The notes below the pieces were generated by a model, which saw only the letters and a list, made by a program, of their open reading frames with translations, was not told the DNA's origin and did not search any database. Positions 1-11,095 of a stretch of DNA of 64,000 nt are shown here, one piece after another. The DNA lies in assembly GCA_043771825.1 (NCBI GenBank), contig JAYVGV010000034.1:9475-73474 (forward strand). The letters run 5' to 3'. A program made the translations under genes and the position numbers. The stretch's first letter is position 1. Each line of letters starts with the position of its first letter. This DNA comes from Candidatus Altimarinota bacterium (GTDB lineage Bacteria > Patescibacteriota > Gracilibacteria > BD1-5 > UBA2023).

Positions 1-649
1 CTTTAAGACTCATATCGGCACATACTTCTGGTATATCCTCTGGTATAGCATAGCACTCTCTCTGATAGTCTTTAGTTATCCTCTCTTACTTATACTTTTG
101 AGCACTCTTCATAGTATACTTGGGTGGATCTATGGGGTCGTGGGGGTCATCGGTATCCTCTATATGATGACGCGCCTCTATCTCTCTTGGTACCATATGC
201 TTTCCGAAGGCTCTGGTACAGTCCATACATTCCAAGAGTCGATCAAGCTCTCAAAAGGGAGGATATGGAAGATATTCTGGAAAGTATTTGCATTCTCACT
301 GATTATCTGACTTATCAGTAGTCTCATCGAATCATGTATGAGCGGACTCTTCTCTATAATCTGATCTACCCATATCATGAATGAAGTAGCTCAGAGCATC
401 AATCAAAATAAGAATGACCTTCTACAAATGCTTGCTCAGATAAGTGCGATCCTCAAAGAAAATTCATGAAGTGTATCTCTTATAGCGTTTGTTTTTGGAA
501 TATTTTATTCTGTGAGTTCTGTCGTATCACGAGGACTCTATCATATCTTTTATGTGAGATACTATCTCGATATCAGAGAGGAACACGAGAATGAGAGTTC
601 TTTCATAAAATCTATCCTCTACGGATCATCGCATTCACAAAACCCATAA
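1..649 (+). CDS. hypothetical membrane protein, 5'-truncated by window edge
   Basis: This frame has no TAA/TAG from nt 2 to TAA at 647-649 once three in-frame TGA are read as Gly. Translation is hydrophobic and helix-rich (GWIYGVVGVIGILYMM). No family recognised. Confidence 0.45.
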
Positions 650-2204
650 AAAGTGGATGTGGCTCAAATGGACGAGAGGCAAGCTCTGGATGAGCCTGAG
701 TCGCTATCATATAGGGATGATCTCGGAGTTCCACGATCTCAGCAAGTGTCCCATCAGGAGAAGTCGCTGAGACGATGAATCCTGCTTTTTCCATCTGTTC
801 TCGATACAGAGGATTGAATTCGAACCTATGACGATGTCGTTCGTTCGTTTTTAGGGTCGCATAAGTTTTTGCTGCGAGTGTCTCTGGGTGGATGATACAC
901 TCATAGCTTCAGAGTCTCATGTTCCCTCATTTGGTCGTGAGCTCTTTCTGATGATCCATGATATGGACGATATTCGCGATACCTCCTGGGGTGAACTCCT
1001 CACTCGAGGCGTCCATAATACCGAGAACATTTCGAGCAAATTCGATCGCCATAATTTGCGAACCAAGACATATCCCAAGATACGGGATATTCCTCTCTCG
1101 TGCATACTTTGCTGTCATGATCATGCCTTCTGTACCACGAGTCCCGAATCCTCCTGGAATACAAATTCCATCGAATATTTCGAGGATCTTCACGCCACCT
1201 TTTTCGATATCTTCTGCCTCGATAAATTCGAGTTTGATATTCTTTTCTCGGGCATATCATGCGCACTTGAGTCACTCGTTCAGAGAATAATAGGCATCTT
1301 CGAGTCCGACATATTTCCCGACCATAGCAACACGCAATACCTCTGTAGATGCTTCGATATTTTCGAGGAGTTTCTGCCATTTCGACATATCAGGAGTCTC
1401 TGGGACAAATCCGAAGGCTGTCATCACCTTCTCTCAAAAATCATAACTATCAAACAAAAGCGGGACACGATAGATCGAGTCGAGTGTCGGTGCTGGGATG
1501 AGATGAGAAGGGTCAATCCCTGTCGAATGAGCAATCTTCGTGAGTGTATCTTCTGGAATCTCTGCATCAGCTCGGATGATGAGAAAATCTGGAGAAAGCC
1601 CGTAGCTCATGAGAGTACGCACAGAGTGCTGGATCGGCTTAGTCTTAAGCTCCTTACTCGCACCAAGGTATGGGAGGAGCGCTACATGGACGAATATCAC
1701 ATTCTTATTGCCAAGCTCATGCTGAAGCTGCCGAGCGGATTCGAGGATATACTCGTTCTCCATATCACCGACTGTACCACCGATTTCTATGATCGAAATA
1801 TCGGCTCCTGTCGACTCGAATCCTGTCTGTATCTTCTCTTTCACGAGATCAGTGAGATGTGGGACGATCTGTACGGTACCTCCGAGATAGTCTCCACGAC
1901 GCTCTTTCATGATGATCTCTTCATAGAGCTTCCCGGACGTAAATGAAGAGAATTTATTCATATCTGTATCGAGAAAACGTTCATAATGGCCTATATCGAG
2001 ATCCGTCTCCGCTCCGTCATTCGTCACGAATACTTCTCCATGTTGGAATGGGCTCATCGTCCCTGGATCAACATTCAGGTATCCATCGAACTTCTGGCAA
2101 TACACTTTCTTCCCCATTCCTTTTAGGATAGCTCAGAGTGATGCGGCTGAGATTCCCTTTCCTATACCAGAGAGGACTCATCCTGTGACGAAGATTATTT
2201 TCAC
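612..2204 (-). CDS. pyrG: CTP synthase
   Basis: Track fragments 612-794, 927-1193 and 1434-2117 share one frame and join through TGA=Gly. N-terminus from GTG is VKIIFVTG[G][15 protein letters not shown]. GATase motif is LGICLGSQ. Joined length is 531 codons. Confidence 0.93.
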
Positions 2205-2232
2205 GATTATTTGAGGTTAAATTACAAAAGAA

Positions 2233-2258
2233 AAAAGAGGTCAAGAAAGACCTCTTTT
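2233..2258 (-). terminator. intrinsic terminator downstream of the glycosyltransferase gene
   Basis: Hairpin aagaggtc/gacctctt with a T-run on the minus strand. Confidence 0.5.
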
Positions 2259-2336
2259 TATCGTATGACGACTAATGTGTTTGGCACCGTTATCATGGAT
2301 AAATTATAGTGAAAAAAATGGAAAAGCAAGTTTTAT

Positions 2337-3089
2337 TTATTCATGAAATTTAATATTTTGTCTTTCTTTTATTTGTCTCATTAACACATATTTTTCTTTA
2401 TCAAAAGAGTGAGTAGCGTTACTCGTACCTCCCAAAATTCTGTTATTTGATGAAAATTGGAACCCATATATTGAAAGATTTTTAAAATTTGCAAATCTTA
2501 ATAAGGATATAATCGTCGTATATCAAGTGGTTGGAATTTCTCCTCAAAGACTATTTTCCAATTCTCACCACAAATCTTCAGGAATTATTACTGCATAAGG
2601 CGTATATTGCATATATTTCCTATAAGCAATAAATCGTTTTAAAACAAAATAAGGTCTTGATGATTTTCATGGTGCTCAAACATTAAAGAGCAACGAAGCA
2701 GTTGATTTTTTAATACAATCCTCAACTTCTTGGGTTCGGAAAAGTTGCATTGATCAAAAACACATCATATCTGTCTTAGTTCAAGTATTTTCTTGGTCTT
2801 GAAATTCAGGTATAACACCATAATTAAAACGAATAACAATATCATGTGAATCAATTTCATTTCACTTCCCAACAATGTTAGGAGCGTTTCAAACGATGGC
2901 TATTGTTTTTCACTCAAATAATTTAAGAAATTCTGGATTATCGCAAAGCCTATATTTAATACCCATTAACTCCTCAATTCTAGAAAGAATTGGTCAAAGT
3001 AAGCCTAAAAAAGAAGTTGCTGTAATTGTCACCCCCTTCTCCAATGTTGGATTACTATGGAGAAATGAATTTATTAATCAAATATTCAT
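2337..3089 (-). CDS. sialyltransferase-fold glycosyltransferase (GT29/GT42-like motifs)
   Basis: 250-aa ORF visible only with TGA=Gly. It carries KTIAIVGNAPNIVGKGNEIDSHDIVIRFN (sialyl-motif-L-like), PTTGYTTIISLLRFANFKNLSIYGF (motif-S-like) and a later H-x4-E. An alternative ATG lies at 3128. Confidence 0.65.
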
Positions 3090-3165
3090 AATGTCAATAT
3101 AACTATTATTTGGAGAATTACAAGTCATTTTTTACATTTTCTTCGAAATCCTTACAATTCATCTC

Positions 3166-4497
3166 ATGCACTCCCTCTTCTCAAAAGACATCACTCCTCT
3201 CGCATCTCTGCTCCGACCAGAGAATTTGGATGATCTTGTCTGACAAACTTACCTTATCGGCGAAGGAAAGCCGATAAGGAAATTTATCGAAGCAGGGAGA
3301 CTACCATCTATCCTCCTCTGGTGACCACCAGGATGTGGGAAGACGAGTCTTGCCCGAGTGATATCGAAGTCACTCGATGCCGAATTTTTCCACCTCTCAG
3401 CCGTACTCGCAAAAAAAGATGATGTCATCAAGATTATCGCGAAATCTCAAGCAAATTTCAAGTCTGGGCGCCAGACGATCCTCTTCCTCGATGAGATCCA
3501 CAGATGGACCAAATCTCAGCAAGATGTCCTCCTCCCTTGGGTCGAGAAAGGGATCATCACTCTTATCGGTGCGACCACAGAAAATCCGAGCTTTACCGTG
3601 ATCAATGCTCTCCTCTCACGATGTCGGACGTATATCCTTGAACCAATCAAGGAAGAAGAAATCATAGAATTCCTCGAGAGAAATAGGGAGAAGATCTCTG
3701 AGCGTTATCCTAAAGTAGAATTTTGATGAAAACTGTGAACTCAGTGGGGTTCAGGGGAGGAAATTGTCTGAGTCAGATGAGAAAAGGAAAATGAAGAGCA
3801 AAGCGAGCGAGTTTTTCCTCCCCCGAGAATTTTGGATACTTTCGGTCACAAAAGTAACATAAAATTGATTGCCAAACTCGGAAATGGCGATCTCCGTAAT
3901 ACTCTCAATCTCCTCGAAACTGCCTGTATCCTCCAAGGCGAGTGACCTCTCACACGAGAGAATATCCTCGCCGCAGGATCAAAATCACTCATGTATGATG
4001 CTGATGGCGAAGAGCACTATAATCTCATCTCTGCCATGCATAAGTCGCTCCGTGACTCTGATGGCGATGCAGCGATCTACTGGATCGGGCGTATGCTCGC
4101 AGGTGGTGAAGACCCGAGATATATCGCCAGACGCATGATGAACTTCGCTTCAGAGGATGTCTACGATCCACAAGCGATGATCCTCGCGAATGCGACGTAT
4201 GAGCTATGCGAGAAGATGGGGATGCCTGAGTGTGAGCTCCCTATGATGAATACTGCATACTATCTTGCGGGTCTTCCCAAGGATAACTCTGTCTACATGG
4301 CGATGAAAGCCATGCACGATGATGTGAAAAATTTCTGAAATCTAGGAGTCCCTATCCATCTCCGAAATGCTCAGACAGAACTCATGAAAGAAGCAGGATA
4401 TGGGAAGTGATACGAGTATGCTCATAATCTCACAAATAAAAAAAGCTCCCAAGAACACTTTCCTGAGGAGCTACGAGGGAGGAAGTATAGAAAATAG
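3166..4497 (+). CDS. rarA: replication-associated recombination protein A (AAA+ ATPase)
   Basis: Walker A is LLW[G]PPGCGKT, with TGA at 3322-3324 as the first Gly. Also FLDEIHRW and the C-terminal MgsA helical domain ([22 protein letters not shown]). 443 aa, ends at TAG 4495-4497. Confidence 0.93.
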
Positions 4498-4541
4498 CAG
4501 CTCTTCGTTTATATATTGAAGGTTCCCATTTTTATGTAAAA

Positions 4542-5150
4542 CTACTTTGATTTAGTATTTTTTCTCCATATCTTCCACCAAATATAAAGAGCGATCAGTG
4601 GCAGGAGTATAAGAGTCGCTTCATGTGAATATGCTTTTACGAGTGTGATCACTTCTTCACCAAGGTACCACCCGAGTGCTACGAGGATGCCGCACCAGAG
4701 AGTCGCACCGAGAAAAGTGATAAGCCAAAATGGAAGGAGTGGCATGCGAAATATCCCTGCAGGAATCGAGATAAGATGTCGTACAACAGGTATGAGTCGA
4801 CCGAGAAATGTATAGAGATTTTGATTTTTCAGAAATAGTGACTCAGCCCGATGATACTTCTCGTGGGTGATCAGGATATATTTCCCATATTTTAGGAGAA
4901 GGGGTTTCCCGATCCATCGACCGAGTATGCAGTAATTCGCTGTTGCTCATACTACTGATCCGAGACCTCCTACGAGAGTCGCAAGCCATGGATCGAGTCC
5001 TCCTGCATGAGCTATCCACCCTGCTGGGATCATCACAAGTTCCGAAGGTACAGGGATGATCGAAGACTCCATCGCCATGAGGATGAATATATCAGCATAT
5101 CCAAGAGTACCAAAATAGGAGATCAGGGAGTCGATGAATGAATGAATCAT
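4542..5150 (-). CDS. DedA/SNARE-associated family membrane protein
   Basis: Track fragments 4542-4745 and 4947-5150 are in one frame and join through one TGA. Checked for TAA/TAG codon by codon. Motif IPVPSELVMIPAG...GRLIPVVRHLISIPAG. Confidence 0.85.
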
Positions 5151-5222
5151 AGAAGAAAAGTAATAGTGCTTATAAGGTGTTTATTTTCTTTTGAAAGTCA
5201 ATATTTACCTGAAAAGAAAGAT

Positions 5223-5250
5223 TTGCATTTCATACTATTTCACATATAAT
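5223..5250 (+). promoter_or_regulatory. sigma70-like promoter of nusA
   Basis: TTGCAT, 16-nt spacer, TATAAT, about 75 nt upstream of the nusA ATG. Confidence 0.5.
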
Positions 5251-5270
5251 CTTTTTAGTAAATAGAAACA

Positions 5271-5299
5271 GACCTGCCGAAACGGCGAGTCTTTTTTTT
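5271..5299 (+). terminator. leader hairpin plus U-tract between promoter and nusA start (putative attenuator)
   Basis: Stem gacctgcc/ggcgagtc (6 of 8 bp) with loop gaaac, followed by eight T. The element ends 26 nt before the ATG. Confidence 0.45.
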
Positions 5300-5325
5300 A
5301 CCCCAATTTTTAACCCATTCCATCT

Positions 5326-6417
5326 ATGTTCGACCTCGCAAAAATCGAAGCCGCCATCAATCAAATCTCTGCCGAGAAAAAAATCGATAAGAAACGTCTC
5401 GTCGAGATCATCGAGCACGCGATCAAAACAGCATATAAGAAAGACTATGCATCCAAGGATGCAAATGTAAATGTAAAACTTGATATTTCTACAGGAGCGG
5501 TCGAGATCTCTGTCGAGAAGACGATCGTCGAATCAGTCCTAGATGGGGATATCGAGATCTCCCTCGAAGATGTGGGCGGAGAAGAGAGTGGATTCTCTCT
5601 CGGAGATACTGTCGAGATCGATGTCTCAGATGAAGTCATGAATTCTGAAGGGTTCGGACGTATCGCTTCGCAAGCAGCCAAGCAGGTCATCGTCCAGAAG
5701 ATCCAAGAGACTGAGAAAGAGAAGCTCTATCACCTCTTCAAAGATAAGGAAGATACGATCGTGAATCTTCGTGTCGAGCTCGTAGAGAAAAATCGTGTGG
5801 TATTCGAATATAACGGGAACCAAGTCGTCCTTCCAAAGAGCGAACAAAATAGTAAAGATAAATATGCTCCAGGACAGCGTATGTATCTCTATGTTCGTAA
5901 GGTCGAGATCGATCCAGAATTCGGCCCTCGTGTCATCCTCTCTCGTAAGGACAAGGAGCTCGTCGTGAAACTCTTCGAGATGAATACTCCAGAACTCGAA
6001 GAAGGAACTGTCGAGATCGTGTCGATCGCTCGTATGGCAGGCGTGAAGACGAAGATCATCGTCGCCTCTGATGAAGAAGATGTCGATCCAGCAGGATGTC
6101 TCATCGGACCGAAAGGTATGCGTGTGCGTGGTATCGTCGATGAGCTCTTCGGTGAGAAGATCGATATATTGAACTATACGACTGATCAAAAGGAGATGGT
6201 GCGTCGAGCACTCATCCCAGGTACTGTAGAAGATATCGAGATCGACGAAGAAGATACTATCATCCGTGCGACCGTGAAGGACGAAGAAAAGGCGAAAGTC
6301 CTCGGACGTGGAGGGACCAATATCAATATCGCAGGTGATCTCCTCGGATACCGTATCTCTCTGACGACCATCGAAGGAGCTCCTGTAGATCCGAAAGAGG
6401 AATCGAGTGAAGCTTAG
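5326..6417 (+). CDS. nusA: transcription termination/antitermination factor NusA
   Basis: Uninterrupted 363-aa ORF with the expected NusA order of N-terminal domain, S1 and two KH domains (IGPKGMRVRGI, LGRGGTNINIAGDLLG). No in-frame TGA. Confidence 0.95.
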   Translation: MFDLAKIEAAINQISAEKKIDKKRLVEIIEHAIKTAYKKDYASKDANVNVKLDISTGAVEISVEKTIVESVLDGDIEISLEDVGGEESGFSLGDTVEIDVSDEVMNSEGFGRIASQAAKQVIVQKIQETEKEKLYHLFKDKEDTIVNLRVELVEKNRVVFEYNGNQVVLPKSEQNSKDKYAPGQRMYLYVRKVEIDPEFGPRVILSRKDKELVVKLFEMNTPELEEGTVEIVSIARMAGVKTKIIVASDEEDVDPAGCLIGPKGMRVRGIVDELFGEKIDILNYTTDQKEMVRRALIPGTVEDIEIDEEDTIIRATVKDEEKAKVLGRGGTNINIAGDLLGYRISLTTIEGAPVDPKEESSEA

Positions 6418-6474
6418 ACGGGAAATGTCCCAAAGGAAATTCAAGAAAATTATCTATCGAGCCTCAATCTAAAT

Positions 6475-6504
6475 AAAAAATCTCTACCTTTTGGTAGAGA
6501 TTTT
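6475..6504. terminator. bidirectional intrinsic terminator
   Basis: aaaaaa-tctctacc-tttt-ggtagaga-tttt between convergent nusA and the 6503-7291 gene. Confidence 0.6.
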
Positions 6505-7291
6505 ACGTATATCTAACAATCCAAACTTCTTCCCTAAGTCTCAACAGAGCTTCTGCATTTTGCTCATAGCTCGTATGAAAGGTCTTACGGTGACTATAGA
6601 GTCATGCTGGATGTTTCAGTGTCTGTTTGAGATTTTCATGAGCACCATTCATTTCTCTTGTATGGTAGTCTTTCAGGATTCATCGTATCGCCGAGGTATA
6701 CTCATCTACATATCTCCAAGCATTTACTATCGATTGTACTCGACTATTTACGCTTGCTATTTTCTCTGCGAGTCTTTCACAAGTTTCTCTATGAGCTATT
6801 CCAGATACAGAGTATATATCTTCTACATCTTGAGAATCAATTCACTCAAACGACAAATCCATCATACTCAGAATACCATCATGGAGTTGTTGTTTACCAT
6901 CCTCAGTGAGAAGAAATGTATATATTTTCCATAAAAGTGATATTTCTACTGGTGAAGACTGGATCCGAAGCCCCTCTTCAGATCTTGCCGAGTCCATCTG
7001 AGCGAGAGCATGTTTAGAAAGAAATGAGAAAATGCGTCGAAAGAGTTTTTTCGAGTGAATCGTGTGAAAATCTTCAGGAATAAGAACTCAGTCTACAGAA
7101 TCCATTCTTTGATTCAGAACATTTTGAACCATATGAGGAACTTTTTGAGGTTGACCCAGTGAGGTTGACCAATTATGAGTGCTCTGTATTTGAGCATCAA
7201 TCCGATCTCTTTCTAGCGGATTCCCAAAACTTGTATCAAATCGATGATCGAATGAATCGACAAGAATATCTAGAATAATCGAATGTTTCAT
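6503..7291 (-). CDS. hypothetical protein (262 aa)
   Basis: Track ORF 7088-7291 continues through TGA to TAA at 6503-6505, translated codon by codon. No family recognised. Confidence 0.55.
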
Positions 7292-7326
7292 GGAAGAAAT
7301 AGTTATTTTTATGGTATAATATATCT

Positions 7327-8091
7327 TTATAAATAATTATCAATTTTTATCTCACAAAACCTCTCAATGCCCGCGTAATCTGCGAAAAACTCATACTTCC
7401 AGCCGTATGATTGAATCACCTTTTCCGCTATTTCTCATTGATCGAAGCCGAATTCTATGAGTAGCGAGATAGTGGGATAGTCAGACAGTCGGATAGATTG
7501 AGCAATCTGATCAAAAAGTCGCTCATACAGTTCGAATCCTGTCTCATCTCCGCCGAAGAGGGCGAGCTCAGGCTCGCAGTGTGTATCCGCACTCATATGC
7601 TCCCAGTCTCATCACTTGATATAGGGAAGGTTGGCGAGGAGGAGGATTCTGGAAGCTCCTTTGCAAAGGAGCTGTCACGAAGTGACTGAGGATTTTTCTT
7701 CTGGAACCAAATCCCTCCCCGCTTCACGGTACTCCCTTTGCAAAGGGAGTTTATCCAGCAAATCTGAAACGATAAACTCTGCTTTTTTCTGTGGAAAATG
7801 TGCACGAAAATTTTGCTCTGCCACCTCGAGTGCTTCATGAGAAATGTCGAGAAAGATCACTTCATCTACGAGATCGGTACATGACCCTCCGATAATCCCT
7901 GAACCACAGCCGATATCGACAATAGTTTTTATATTTTGCGACTGGATAAGTCTCCTCGCTCTTCGTACGAGTCACTCTGTCTCCAGTCGTGGGATGAGTA
8001 CATCGGGTGTCACGAGAAATTCTCTACCAAAAAAAGTCACTTTTCCTATGATATATTCCAGAGGATAGTCAGGATGATTACTTTTATGCAT
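7327..8091 (-). CDS. prmC: release-factor glutamine methyltransferase (HemK/PrmC family), short form
   Basis: Motifs VLIPRLETE[G][19 protein letters not shown] (a variant of NPPY) and [20 protein letters not shown]. 254 aa. Confidence 0.8.
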
Positions 8092-8848
8092 TATCGAAGG
8101 ATTTCTTCGAGAAAATAAGAGAACCGAGAAAAAGTAGTATGAATATATAGATTAGAGCTACACCATATCCCATCCACCACGTGAGAAGATCGATCGGAGC
8201 TCACGTCGCGACATAGTTCTTAAGATTGAGTGCTTCGAGATTCGGGAAGAGCACGAGTATCGCTTGTGCAGCATATCACATGATAGCGCTATGATTCCAG
8301 ATCGCATAGTCGAGCATCGTATATCCGCCATGTCCGATGATATAGCTTGCGATCGTGAGGAACATCGCGATCATCGGAGAAGTAAATGCAGAGAAAAATA
8401 AGATAAGCGCCAGAAGAGAAAAAAGCTTCAATACTATCCCGATAACTGCAGAAAAAAGAAGCGGATCAAGGGGGAATCATTTTACCCAAAGAAGTCCTAT
8501 GAGGATACTGGTTTGGAATACAACCATAGTGAGTACGACTACCGAGAATCCGATGAACTTCCCGAGAAATATCGATGACCTTCCTACAGGCTTCGAGAGC
8601 ATGAGAAATATCGTACGCCCTTCGATCTCACGAGCGATCATGCCTCATCCGAGGAAGAGGATCACGGCGAGTCAGGTAAGCTCGATGAATGATAGCCCAA
8701 AATCATAAAGAACCCGCTCAAGCTCTCCGAGTGCGAGCGTCTCAAGAGCAAAAGATATCATGATAAATATCACTCCGAGAAAAAGAATCAGAGAGAAAAA
8801 TCGATTGCGGACGAGTTCTCGAATAGTATTGAGGGCTATAGTGAACAT
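8084..8848 (-). CDS. ABC-2 type transporter permease-like membrane protein
   Basis: 254-aa polytopic ORF under table 25 ([18 protein letters not shown]..., [16 protein letters not shown]). Its stop overlaps the prmC start by 8 nt. Confidence 0.65.
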
Positions 8849-8857
8849 GAGGAAATA

Positions 8858-9259
8858 TTAATTACTAGTTTTGAGTTGTTCGAGAATTTTTTCTTGCATA
8901 TTTCGTAGATGTTCTTGGTCTCATTTTTTTGCATGGGAAGGATCGAGATCATCTATGCTCTCTGTAGGAATGAGATGATAGTGGGCATGAGGGACCTCGT
9001 ATCAGACGAACATCGTACATATACGTCGACATCCTGTAGCTATCTGTATTGCAGGGCTGAGCTTCTTCGCTACTCTAAATATAGCAGAGTAGTATGGCTC
9101 TGGTACATCTGCGAAGTGATCGACTTCTATCTTCGGGACGATGAGAGTATGACCGAGCTTCAGTGGAGATATATCGAGAAATGCATAGATATATTCATCC
9201 TCATAGATTTTATAGGATGGGATTTCTCAGGTGATGATGCGAGAAAATAGAGTAGACAT
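8858..9259 (-). CDS. HIT-family (histidine triad) nucleotide hydrolase
   Basis: [28 protein letters not shown]...HAHYHLIP, which contains the HxHxHxx triad. 133 aa. Confidence 0.85.
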
Positions 9260-9436
9260 ACTAAATAGTAGTAAGGATTATTTTTATCCTTTTAATTAAT
9301 AACTCAATTCATTCTCATAACTTCATTAATACCTCCTCAAGATTTTCCCAAGGAAGCACTGGCAATAATTGGGATACTTTAAATGATTTCATTGGGTCGT
9401 CTCACTCAGTATGTAGCATATAAGTAATTATACAAA

Positions 9437-10378
9437 TTATAGAATACTTCTGATAAATTCTTTATGTCCATTCGCAAAATCTTTTATACTTTGCGATTTC
9501 TTTCATTCTAATTTTACTTGGTCAAGTGTCAAGATTCACTCACTACAGATAATCCCTATTATGCCATGATCGAGCTGTATCACGGTTCCATATTTTTCTC
9601 ATTCTCTTCTTTCCCTGCTGATAGAGGCTACAGATTCAAGAAGGAGCCTTTTGCCTTCATACATTGTATAAATCCCTGGCCATGGAGTGAAGGCTTGCCA
9701 CATATGGTATATTTCTTCTGCAGATTTTGACCAATCAATAAGACCTTCTTCCTTAGTGATTTTTTTGCAATAACTTGCTTCAGTATGATTTTGTAGAAGT
9801 GGTGTGATCCCTCCAGTTTCGAGCTCACGAAGAGTCTGGATCAGAGTCGGTCCAGAGATTTTAGAAAACTTCTCGAAGAGGGTCTCTGAAGTTTCTTGCG
9901 AATCGATAGGAATTATCCTGATTTTTAAAATATCTCCCTCATCCATCCCCTCGCTCATCTCCATGATTGTCACTCCTGTCTGTTTCTCACCATGAAGGAG
10001 GGCTGATTGGATCGGGGAGGCTCATCGATATTTGGGGAGGATGGAGCCATGGATATTGATGGATTTTTTCTTCGGGATTTCCAGAAGCTCCATCGGTAAG
10101 ATCCGACCATAGGCAACCACGATGAAGTAGTCACACTCGAAACTTCGAAGTGTATCGAAAAAATCAGTATTCTCTCGAATTTTCGTCGGAGTAAGTACGG
10201 GAATGTTTCGTTCTTTCGCAAGTTCATGGACAGGCGTAGATCGCATCATTTGATCTCTTCCCCAGGGTTTATCTGGATTGGTCACGACGCATACTACCTC
10301 CATATCGGAAGCAGAAAGAAGATCAAGAAGGACATCTCGAGCGAGGATCGGTGTCCCGAAAAATCCGATTCGGATCAT
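9437..10378 (-). CDS. fmt: methionyl-tRNA formyltransferase
   Basis: Fragments 9599-9973 and 10022-10378 join through TGA. Motifs MIRIGFFGTP, INIHGSILPKYR[G]ASPIQ and the C-terminal Formyl_trans_C-like region. 313 aa. Confidence 0.92.
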
Positions 10379-10380
10379 GT

Positions 10381-10842
10381 TTAATTTTTAGGAGTAGTGT
10401 TTTTCTCGATGGCTTTCATCGTCGTATCGAGATTTCGAAGCGTACTATCGAGAGACTTGAATTCATCACTATAATTGGTTTGTTCGATATAGTGATTGAG
10501 TTTATTTTGCGCAAGATCGACATAAGGTGCGAGTCTCTTTCCGATCAAGGGAAGATCGACCGTAATAGCAAATATCCATCCGACACCAGCAAGTACGAGG
10601 GCGACTCCGACGAGCGCTCCGAATCCACGAGCGATACCAGCGATGAAGTTGGGCCAGAGCATCTTCCATGGGGAGTGTATATATTCCATAAACTCATCGA
10701 GACCAGCTGAGCCTATAGCATCGATAAGACCCTCTATTTTATTTACTTGCTCAGGAGAAAGAGATTCTATTGCGACTTTTTTCCGAGTCGGCATTTTCTT
10801 TATTTCTTTGTGTTCGCTGACGGATGCTTCGATTTTTCGCAT
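10381..10842 (-). CDS. small membrane protein (DUF5665-like)
   Basis: Intact 153-aa ORF ending 2 nt before the fmt start. Contains WPNFIAGIARGFGALVGVALVLAGVGWIF. Confidence 0.55.
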   Translation of the reverse strand: MRKIEASVSEHKEIKKMPTRKKVAIESLSPEQVNKIEGLIDAIGSAGLDEFMEYIHSPWKMLWPNFIAGIARGFGALVGVALVLAGVGWIFAITVDLPLIGKRLAPYVDLAQNKLNHYIEQTNYSDEFKSLDSTLRNLDTTMKAIEKNTTPKN

Positions 10843-10972
10843 AAAGAGAAATTATAATGGATTTATTTTAGTGAAAACCTGACTCCGAGCAAACCTATTT
10901 GCAAAAGAAAGCTTTTTTCATAGAATCGAGTCGTCAAAATAAGACTCTCATAGAGAATCAATATCGTATTTT

Positions 10973-11046
10973 GTCCCCGTAGTTTAGTGGAAGAACAAGG
11001 CACTCCTAAGGCTTAGACACAAGTTCGATTCTTGTCGGGGGCACCA
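10973..11046 (+). tRNA. tRNA-Arg (anticodon CCU)
   Basis: Hand-folded cloverleaf. Acceptor gtccccg/cgggggc, T-arm acaag-ttcgatt-cttgt, anticodon loop cuCCUaa, encoded CCA. Confidence 0.8.
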
Positions 11047-11095
11047 GAAGTTTTTTACAGAACCTTTCTCATTTATTGGAATTTTTGACGAATCT

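Noticed and set aside
888-1946. Long standard-code ORFs antisense to real genes. Examples are 888-1946 (352 aa), 5626-6444 (272 aa), 24560-25384 (274 aa), 23197-23892, 61359-62027, 16259-16864, 31041-31634, 44425-44997 and 57414-57974.
   Set aside because: Each lies entirely opposite a gene with clear homology or a long table-25 frame and has low-complexity, Asp/Ile/Phe/Ser-rich translations. They are typical shadow ORFs caused by codon bias (gat/atc, gaa/ttc, gag/ctc).
612-2204. The fragmented conserved genes (pyrG, fusA, glyA, sufB, era and others) could be pseudogenes in a decaying genome.
   Set aside because: All breaks are TGA only, never TAA/TAG or frameshifts. The fragments stay in frame, and the TGA positions coincide with conserved Gly residues, so recoding explains them.
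3322-3324. Translation table 4 (UGA=Trp, Mycoplasma-type).
   Set aside because: TGA sits at invariant Gly of P-loops and of the G3 DxxG motif, not at Trp positions. Trp is encoded by TGG right next to it (LLW[G]PPG).
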